In this document: positions 57,297 to 64,000 of the stretch, one piece after another
Position numbering within the stretch: position 1 is the first letter of the stretch
Layout: the number at the start of each line of letters is the position of its first letter
Assembly: GCA_002011125.2 (NCBI GenBank)
Contig: MTMF02000009.1
Span: forward strand, 547,095-611,094
Direction: 5' to 3'
Source of the DNA: Candidatus Hydrothermarchaeum profundi
GTDB lineage: Archaea; Hydrothermarchaeota; Hydrothermarchaeia; Hydrothermarchaeales; Hydrothermarchaeaceae
Length of the DNA: 64,000 nt
Program-made: the position numbers and the translations under genes
Notes under the pieces: model-generated
Told to the model about the DNA's origin: nothing
What the model saw: the letters and a program-made list of their open reading frames with translations, nothing else
Database searches by the model: none

Positions 57297-58081
57297 TTCC
57301 CAAGGAGATCCAATGCTATTTCAGCGGCTCTTTTCCCGGAAAGGAGCATAGCTCCGAAAGTTGGACCCATTCTCGGTAACCCATAAACAGTTGATACAGC
57401 CATTCCCATCACTATTAATCCCGGATGTGCCTCCCCAGTATGTTCTACAACGGCGTCCTCGCTCTTTTCGACCCACATGGCTCCATATCCTTTAATTTTC
57501 ATCAAACCTCTCCTTACAAGAGCTTGGACTACCTCTGCGTCATGGCCGGTGCCATCTATTACTAATTTAGACTCTAAAGCGACAGGATCTACACAGGTTA
57601 TCTCCCTTGGTAGTGCAGATATGGGAGTCCAATTAACCACCACTCCTGCTACCCGGTTATTCTCTCTCAGAACTACGTCATCAACACGTGTCATGCTTAA
57701 AATCTTCGTTCCTGCGTCACAAGCTGCTGCGATCAATTTTGAGCAAGCATGTGGGCCAGATGTCACATATAATCCAGAAGAATATTTCTGTAAAGGCACT
57801 CCTATTTCTTCTAGAATCTTATGTGCAGGAACTCTCACCGTGACCTTGTTCATCAAATATCCGCCGATCCAAAATCCTCCGCCGAGGTAATTGTTCCGTT
57901 CTATCAATAGTGTTTTGACGCCTCTACTAGCTAGTTCTTTTGCTGCCATTAAACCGCTTGGCCCACCTCCGACTATTATTACATCGCTTTCTGCGCTCTC
58001 TTGAAATTCTTTCGAGAAACTTTCCATTATGGCCCGAGTAACGTCTTTTTCGTCTACTTTATCGAACATTGGAATCACCAT
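57293..58081 (-). CDS. thi4: Thiazole synthase Thi4
   Basis: [37 protein letters not shown]. Confidence 0.95.
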   Translation of the reverse strand: MVIPMFDKVDEKDVTRAIMESFSKEFQESAESDVIIVGGGPSGLMAAKELASRGVKTLLIERNNYLGGGFWIGGYLMNKVTVRVPAHKILEEIGVPLQKYSSGLYVTSGPHACSKLIAAACDAGTKILSMTRVDDVVLRENNRVAGVVVNWTPISALPREITCVDPVALESKLVIDGTGHDAEVVQALVRRGLMKIKGYGAMWVEKSEDAVVEHTGEAHPGLIVMGMAVSTVYGLPRMGPTFGAMLLSGKRAAEIALDLLGK

Positions 58082-58129
58082 ACTTTCTATTAGTTTAACT
58101 TAGATAACATTATCTAAATTTCCTATTGG

Positions 58130-58627
58130 TTAGAGAGTAGGGATAAGAGCTATCCTCTCTTTAATTATCTCTACCAAGGCTTTTTTCTTCTCTTCAAATC
58201 CTTCTCCCGCAACAGCGCTAATCTCTTCATCACCTATATCGTAGATTTTCTTCAGCCTTTCAAATTTTTGTCCGTCTAATGAAAGGATTTCACTTCTACG
58301 ACATTTATATTCTTGCATCATTTTTCTAGGTATTTTTTCGCATACTGCAATAACTTTTCTGGATTTCTTTAGTCCCAATAGTTCAAGAGCTTTCTTTATT
58401 TGTCTCTGAGCAGAGGCTCTTACTAATACCTCAACTAAAAAATTATTGCTGAGATTTTCTTTTCTCTCAAAGGCCTTATATGCTTGATCTATTGCAAATT
58501 TTATTTGCTCTACTGAGGCTATATTCGAGGGGTCAATAAATTGAATATCTGGATACTTTTTTAAAGCTTCAGGCCCAATCTCTCTGTTACAGCACAATTG
58601 AAATATATGGATTTTTTTATTTCGCAT
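58130..58627 (-). CDS. cgi121: KEOPS complex subunit Cgi121
   Basis: EVLVRASAQRQIKKALE; terminal ERIAL. Confidence 0.8.
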   Translation of the reverse strand: MRNKKIHIFQLCCNREIGPEALKKYPDIQFIDPSNIASVEQIKFAIDQAYKAFERKENLSNNFLVEVLVRASAQRQIKKALELLGLKKSRKVIAVCEKIPRKMMQEYKCRRSEILSLDGQKFERLKKIYDIGDEEISAVAGEGFEEKKKALVEIIKERIALIPTL

Positions 58628-59396
58628 TCACTTTCGCACCCTCAAGTGCTCTAGCACATCGACATTCTCGTTCTTTTGGAAGAATCTCTATTGCCTTTAT
58701 TATTATATTTTTAAGTTTTTCTTCGTTTTCTTTTACTACCTCAATCACTTCAGTGGCAGTTAATTTATCTTCACTTATACCTGCTGCATAGTTTGTTACT
58801 GTACATAATGCTGCATAACAAATTTCCTGTTCTCTCGCTAAAACTACTTCGGGATAGCCTGTCATACCAACAAGGTCACAACCTAGCTTTGATAGCATTC
58901 TTATCTCAGCTGGCGTTTCAAATCTAGGTCCTTCTGTACAAGCGTATACTGCATTGGTGTAAACGCGGGGATATACATTAGCTGCATCAGCTAAAGCCTT
59001 CATTATTTCCGGGCAATAAGGCCGGGATAGATCTATATGAACGACTTCCTCGTCGTAGAAAGTTTGTTCTCTGCTCTTAGTAAAATCTATAAGATCGTGG
59101 GGAATTACTACATCGCCAGGTTTTAATGTTTTATTAATCCCCCCCACAGAATTAGTAGCTATTATTCTTTCTACCCCTAGCATCTTTAACCCATAAATAT
59201 TTGCCTTATAATTCACTTTATGCGGAGGAAGTTCATGGTGTTTTCCATGCCTAGGGAGAAAAAAAATCTTATCTCCTTTAAATTTCCCCACACTTATCTC
59301 TGGAGTAGGCCCATAAGGTGTTTCTAACTTTATATTTTCTACTTTTTTAAAGATTCTTGGGTCGTAGATCCCCGTTCCTCCAATGATAGCGATCAT
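58617..59396 (-). CDS. mtnP: S-methyl-5'-thioadenosine phosphorylase
   Basis: IIGGTG, TPYG, PRHG, EGPRFETPAE, VGMT, VTNYAAG (Asn may indicate 6-oxopurine/MTI preference). Confidence 0.88.
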   Translation of the reverse strand: MIAIIGGTGIYDPRIFKKVENIKLETPYGPTPEISVGKFKGDKIFFLPRHGKHHELPPHKVNYKANIYGLKMLGVERIIATNSVGGINKTLKPGDVVIPHDLIDFTKSREQTFYDEEVVHIDLSRPYCPEIMKALADAANVYPRVYTNAVYACTEGPRFETPAEIRMLSKLGCDLVGMTGYPEVVLAREQEICYAALCTVTNYAAGISEDKLTATEVIEVVKENEEKLKNIIIKAIEILPKERECRCARALEGAKVNAK

Positions 59397-59439
59397 TAAC
59401 CTAAAGTGTTTTATAACTCTTATTATAGATTTCTGTCTG

Positions 59440-60801
59440 GTGGTAGGTATAGTACTCTCAGAAAACTTTATACAAAAGCTAAAAAAACTTATTTCAGTAA
59501 AAAACTGGAAAATTTTTAATAAAGAGGTTAAAAAACTTCATCCGTATGATTTATCAGAATTTATAGAGGATTTAGAAGAAAAAAAACGAAAAGAAGTATT
59601 ATCTAATCTTAATAATGATATTTTATCTCAAATTTTGCCAGAATTGCCAGATGAGATTAGATTAGATTTCATAAAATCTCTTACTCCAAAAAAGGCAGCG
59701 GATCTCCTCTTAAAGCTTCCGCCTGACGAAACTGCAGATATTCTCAGAGACTTACATAGAGACTTTAGACGTGGGATTCTAAGATATTTCGCATTGAAAG
59801 ATGCGGAGGAAGTCAGAAAGCTTCTGAAGCATCCCTCAGATACTGCTGGAGGATTGATGACTCCTGAGGTCATATCCCTTCCGATGGATATGACAGTAAA
59901 AGACTCTATTGAATATATAAGGAAGAAAGCTACTGAGGTTGAAACTATTTACTATTTGTATGTAGTTGATGAAAACAATAAATTAGTTGGGGTTTTGTCC
60001 CTTAGAGATCTAGTACTAGCAGCGCCTGAAAAAAAACTCTCAGAAATAATGAACCCTGATGTAATTAAAGTGCCTGCAGATATGGATCAAGAAGAAGTTG
60101 CTAGAATAACAGCAGATTATGATTTACCAGTAGTGCCTGTTGTAGATAAGGATGATAGGTTAATCGGTATAGTTACGGTAGATGATGTCATTGATGTGAT
60201 AGAGGAGGAAGTTTCAGAAGATTTTGGATATCTTGCAGGCGCTGGAGAGAAGATAGATAAACTTATAGATGCACCAGTATTATCGGTTGTGAAATATCGT
60301 TTGCCTTGGTTATGTTTTGCATTAATTGGGGATGGATTAGTAGCAGCTTATGTTTTAAAATTATTCGAAAGAACTTTAGCGTCGGCAGTGGCTCTTGCCC
60401 TCTTTATACCGGTAATAATGACAATGGGAGGCGGGGTTGGAGTTCAGTCTTCTACCATTTTCGTTAGGGGCTTGGCGACGAAAGAGATAGAGGATTCGTG
60501 GAGATACTTTCTTAAGGAAATAAAGGTGGGGTTTACGATGGGGATAGTCGTGGGACTAGGTGTAACTTTAGTTGCTCAAATAGTAGTAGGAGAACCTATC
60601 TTAGGCCTTATTGTGGGAACTAGCATGTTTATTACAATGACATTGGCAAGTGCAACAGGCATACTAATCCCGAAGCTGTTTCACCGTGTAGGGATAGATC
60701 CAGCCGTTTCGTCCAATCCATTTATTACAACAACTCAAGACATTACAGGACTTTTTATCTATTTTAGTCTCGCCACTTTAATGATACATTATTTTGTATA
60801 A
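59440..60801 (+). CDS. mgtE: Magnesium transporter MgtE
   Basis: TAGGLMT, CBS pair, RLPWL, GGGVGVQS, IDPA, PFITT; start moved to GTG 59440 to avoid overlapping mtnP. Confidence 0.92.
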   Translation: MVGIVLSENFIQKLKKLISVKNWKIFNKEVKKLHPYDLSEFIEDLEEKKRKEVLSNLNNDILSQILPELPDEIRLDFIKSLTPKKAADLLLKLPPDETADILRDLHRDFRRGILRYFALKDAEEVRKLLKHPSDTAGGLMTPEVISLPMDMTVKDSIEYIRKKATEVETIYYLYVVDENNKLVGVLSLRDLVLAAPEKKLSEIMNPDVIKVPADMDQEEVARITADYDLPVVPVVDKDDRLIGIVTVDDVIDVIEEEVSEDFGYLAGAGEKIDKLIDAPVLSVVKYRLPWLCFALIGDGLVAAYVLKLFERTLASAVALALFIPVIMTMGGGVGVQSSTIFVRGLATKEIEDSWRYFLKEIKVGFTMGIVVGLGVTLVAQIVVGEPILGLIVGTSMFITMTLASATGILIPKLFHRVGIDPAVSSNPFITTTQDITGLFIYFSLATLMIHYFV

Positions 60802-60883
60802 TTTTTTAAGTAAGTATATTTTCGTTTGATAATTAATCTGGACTTCTCTGAGTGTAAATCTAGACATGTTTAGCTAAGGATAG

Positions 60884-61942
60884 TTATTCTGTAATGGCTG
60901 CTTTTCCAGATCTTATTGACAAAAAAGTAAACATAGATAAAGTTAAACCTAAAATTATCCAAAGGGCAAGTTCCATTTCTCTGATTTCTCCTAGGATATA
61001 AAGACTTATTGCATCTACTATTATCCTAAGAGCAAGTACGAAAAAAATCATAACTATATATTTCGATATTCCTAGCCCCTCTATTAATGAATCGATTATT
61101 TTACCTCCTAACGGAACAAGAACAGCAAACATCAAAAGATCAATTGAGCTAGAAATAAAAATAGGTAAAGCTTCTAGCAGTTTTCCGTGAGTTATATTAG
61201 CTTTACTTACGGCATCCATACCTGTTATAATCCCGACAGTTCCTAAAAGAAATCCGACCGCATATGCGAAGAAAGTTATTCTGCCCGTTATAAAAGATGA
61301 TTTAATTTCTTGATAGAATTTATGAACATCACTTTCTAGACCGAACCCCTTTATAATTAAAAATACTCCTATAATGCCAACAGTCAGCCTCCACCCATGC
61401 ACTCCGAGAAGCATATAAAGTACTGCCGCTATACCTGGAAGTCCAACAATAATTCTAGATAGTTTAGGGTCTCTGACTATCTCTTTTAAGAATTCTTGCA
61501 TCACAAAATAAGTACTTTCAAGATTCTCACTTTGTCTCACCACAACACGTTTTAATGAAATTACATTAACTTTAGACTGGACAATTGGAAGTATGTATTC
61601 GTCTTCAGCGCCGTCTGTTACGACTATTACTCCCTCCGGACTAAACTCCGATAGTACTTCCTCCAGCTGTCTTGAGATTTCAGCGTCTGATTCCACTCCG
61701 ACATTCTCTTTACCAACTACAACAGAGACCATTACCTCCTTTCCTTCTTCTTTAAGCTTGTCACCTATTCGTACAGCTTCGAAAAGTGCATTTGCATCGG
61801 ATTCTGATGGGTCAGCTAAGGCTAGTTTTATCGCGGTGTCAAGGGTTTTTTGCCTCCCCATTATAGGTCCAGGTTCGCCCGTTTTTCTGAGGATATCAGC
61901 GTCCCTGTCTACTCCTAGAACAAGTATTTTTTTATATTTCAT
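60884..61942 (-). CDS. DUF373 family membrane protein
   Basis: VDRDAD, DPSESDAN, TDGAEDE, VVVRQS, multiple TMs. Confidence 0.88.
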   Translation of the reverse strand: MKYKKILVLGVDRDADILRKTGEPGPIMGRQKTLDTAIKLALADPSESDANALFEAVRIGDKLKEEGKEVMVSVVVGKENVGVESDAEISRQLEEVLSEFSPEGVIVVTDGAEDEYILPIVQSKVNVISLKRVVVRQSENLESTYFVMQEFLKEIVRDPKLSRIIVGLPGIAAVLYMLLGVHGWRLTVGIIGVFLIIKGFGLESDVHKFYQEIKSSFITGRITFFAYAVGFLLGTVGIITGMDAVSKANITHGKLLEALPIFISSSIDLLMFAVLVPLGGKIIDSLIEGLGISKYIVMIFFVLALRIIVDAISLYILGEIREMELALWIILGLTLSMFTFLSIRSGKAAITE

Positions 61943-62781
61943 ACCAAATTGAATCTCCTAAGGAGGTAGATATCGTCGAGATTAAGCTTTTCACCGTTTT
62001 TAAATCTTTCATAGATAATCTCGGCGCGCTCCTTTAACTCCTCCTCAGATACTTCATATTCAGCTTCAGCTTCTAACTCAAGTTTTCGAAGCTTATCTTC
62101 AACTTCTCTTAGTCGAGCTTTTTTTTCCTCCAACTCCTCCTTCTTCTTATCTATTTGAGGACCGATCTCCGCTATCTCCTTGTTTATTTCATCTATTTTA
62201 GCTTCTAATTCTTTTATTTTTTCAACAGCGGCTAGGAATTTCTCATGATGGGTTTGAGATTCCTCTGAGAGATTAAGGATTTTTTCATGTATTCTCTTTG
62301 ATATCTTTCTCTGGTTATCTATCTTTTTAGAAAGTTCGAGTAGGTCTTTATGTTCTTCAAGTTCTTTTCTCAGGTTTTCAATTTTTTCTACTAATTTATC
62401 TTCCTTATGGATTTCCATTACACTTGTCTGAAGTTTCCATTCTAATGCCTTAAGTTCTTTCTCCATTTTCTTGAAATTTACTTTTGGGGCGCCCTCTCGA
62501 AGTTTTTTGTACTGCGCGACCAGCTCCTTAACTGTGTTATTTGCTTGTTCACGTTCCTTTTTTAACCTTTTTATTTTTAAGTTGATTTGCTCTCTAAGCT
62601 CTCTCTGCTTATTGGCCTCGCTATTCTTTATTTTAATGGAATTTATAATATCCCGTTTCCTTAGATTATGTTTCCGTAAGAGTGCCTTACTCTGGGATAT
62701 CTCGTTCTTGAGCTGTCTTATACTAATCTTCAGCTCGTTTCTCTCTCTAAGTATCTCTTTGATGTTCATTTCTTGTTGCAT
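61939..62781 (-). CDS. Archaeal coiled-coil protein (COG1340-like)
   Basis: LEWKLQT, ESQTHHE, FKNGEKLNLDDI. Confidence 0.8.
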   Translation of the reverse strand: MQQEMNIKEILRERNELKISIRQLKNEISQSKALLRKHNLRKRDIINSIKIKNSEANKQRELREQINLKIKRLKKEREQANNTVKELVAQYKKLREGAPKVNFKKMEKELKALEWKLQTSVMEIHKEDKLVEKIENLRKELEEHKDLLELSKKIDNQRKISKRIHEKILNLSEESQTHHEKFLAAVEKIKELEAKIDEINKEIAEIGPQIDKKKEELEEKKARLREVEDKLRKLELEAEAEYEVSEEELKERAEIIYERFKNGEKLNLDDIYLLRRFNLV

Positions 62782-62798
62782 ATTCTAAACCCTTATCC

Positions 62799-64000
62799 TC
62801 AAAAACAAAATTTAACTTCTTGAAATCCGTCCTTTAACTCTATTACGTAGTTTTTAATATTTTCGGCATCTTCCTTATTTAAAGCTAGTTTTGCCATTAA
62901 TTCTGCAATCTCTGTCATCTCACTTTCCCGCATACCATATCTAGTAACTTCCGGAACTCCAATTCTAATACCCGATGGGTTTGCTGTTCTCTCCAGAGAA
63001 TCCCATGGTAATAAGTTTTTATTAACGATGATATTTGCCTGCTCAAAAAGTTCTGCAATCTCTTTGCCTCCACCAAGATTTGATACATCTACTACTACCT
63101 GATGGCTTTCAGTAAATCCTTTTTCCTCACATAGAACATTAAATCCTCTCTCATATAGAGCCTGAGCTAAGGCCTTTGAATTTTTTATCATCTGCTTGGC
63201 ATAGTCTCTGCCAAACTTTTTCATTTCTTCCGCTGAGATCGCAAAGCCGACCACATGGTGTAAGTGGTGGTTGCTCATAAGACCGGGAAAGGCGGCTCTA
63301 TCTATTTTTTCAGCAAGATAATTCTTGCATAGCACCATGCCACCCTGAGGACCAGGGAAGGTTTTATGAGTACTTGAAGTTATTACATCTGCTCCTTCAG
63401 AAAAAGGATCCTGAAATTGTTTCCCAGCTATTAAACCTGCCACGTGTGCTGCATCATATACGATATAGGCATCAATTTCATCTGCAATCTCTTTTAACTC
63501 TTTAACGGGGTGGGGAAATAAAAATAAGCTTCCACCAAATAACATCAGTTTAGGTTTTTTCTCTAGTATCAGTTTTTTTGCTTTATCTACATCTATGTTC
63601 ATTTCTTCATAGTTAAAGGGGTACGGAAAATCTTTCAACCCTCTTATTCCTGCAGCACTAATATGTGTATGACTTATATGCCCCCCGCATTGAATACTCA
63701 GCCCAGTTATTGTATCACCATACTCTGCTAATGCAAAATATGCAGTTAAATTTGCAACCGCACCAGATATAGGTACGAGATTTGCATGATCTGCGCCAAA
63801 AAGCTCCTCAGCGGATTTCATTGCTATTGCTTCTATTTGATCGTAAAACTTCGTTCCTTGGTAGAATCTTTGGAAAATTTGAAAGCCTTCTTCATCCCTA
63901 CCACCTAAGAGACCCTCGGCATATCTATGCCCGAAATCACTTGCAAGGGCTTTTCTAACCGCAGGAGAGGTTATGTTTTCGCTAGCTATCATATTAAGGC
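62799..64000 (-). CDS. glyA: Serine hydroxymethyltransferase (5' end outside the window)
   Basis: IASEN, RYAEG, GGHISH, YDAAH, STHKTFPGPQGG, SGIRIG. Confidence 0.95.
   Translation of the reverse strand, partial: LNMIASENITSPAVRKALASDFGHRYAEGLLGGRDEEGFQIFQRFYQGTKFYDQIEAIAMKSAEELFGADHANLVPISGAVANLTAYFALAEYGDTITGLSIQCGGHISHTHISAAGIRGLKDFPYPFNYEEMNIDVDKAKKLILEKKPKLMLFGGSLFLFPHPVKELKEIADEIDAYIVYDAAHVAGLIAGKQFQDPFSEGADVITSSTHKTFPGPQGGMVLCKNYLAEKIDRAAFPGLMSNHHLHHVVGFAISAEEMKKFGRDYAKQMIKNSKALAQALYERGFNVLCEEKGFTESHQVVVDVSNLGGGKEIAELFEQANIIVNKNLLPWDSLERTANPSGIRIGVPEVTRYGMRESEMTEIAELMAKLALNKEDAENIKNYVIELKDGFQEVKFCF

Noticed and set aside
58082-58129. TPP riboswitch upstream of thi4
   Set aside because: The spacer is only about 48 bp, AT-rich, and lacks the CUGAGA motif.
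59383-59439. N-terminal extension of MgtE from the ORF track
   Set aside because: It overlaps the divergent mtnP start and covers the probable promoter region.

Overview
Archaeal chromosomal window. Evidence: TFB, archease, Cgi121, a SepCysS homologue, a tungsten-type fwdFGDBAC operon, BRE/TATA promoters and a box C/D RNA. The gene set suggests an anaerobic Wood-Ljungdahl euryarchaeote such as Hydrothermarchaeota (inference). About 1-9.3 kb is a decaying accessory island: LRR, HEAT and TPR proteins, an SMI1/KNR4 protein, a serpin, AlkD and several frameshifted immunity-like ORFs. 11.8-20.6 kb holds a divergent pair: a 2069-aa membrane-anchored subtilase with a peptidoglycan-binding-like module and a beta-helix, and a ZU5-like surface protein. 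The rest is mostly housekeeping: DNA repair, rtcB/archease, dapF, mtnA/mtnP, NAD synthesis and salvage, fwd, thi4, mgtE and glyA. It also contains a sulfur-relay cluster (larE, ThrC-like enzyme, ubiquitin-like carrier, E1, TusA, DUF169, divergent SepCysS). Non-coding highlights absent from the ORF track are an unassigned ~204-nt four-way-junction RNA (29856-30059, minus) with its own promoter, and a box C/D guide RNA predicted to methylate C34 of intron-containing pre-tRNA-Met. All family calls come from motif recognition by eye, not database searches.
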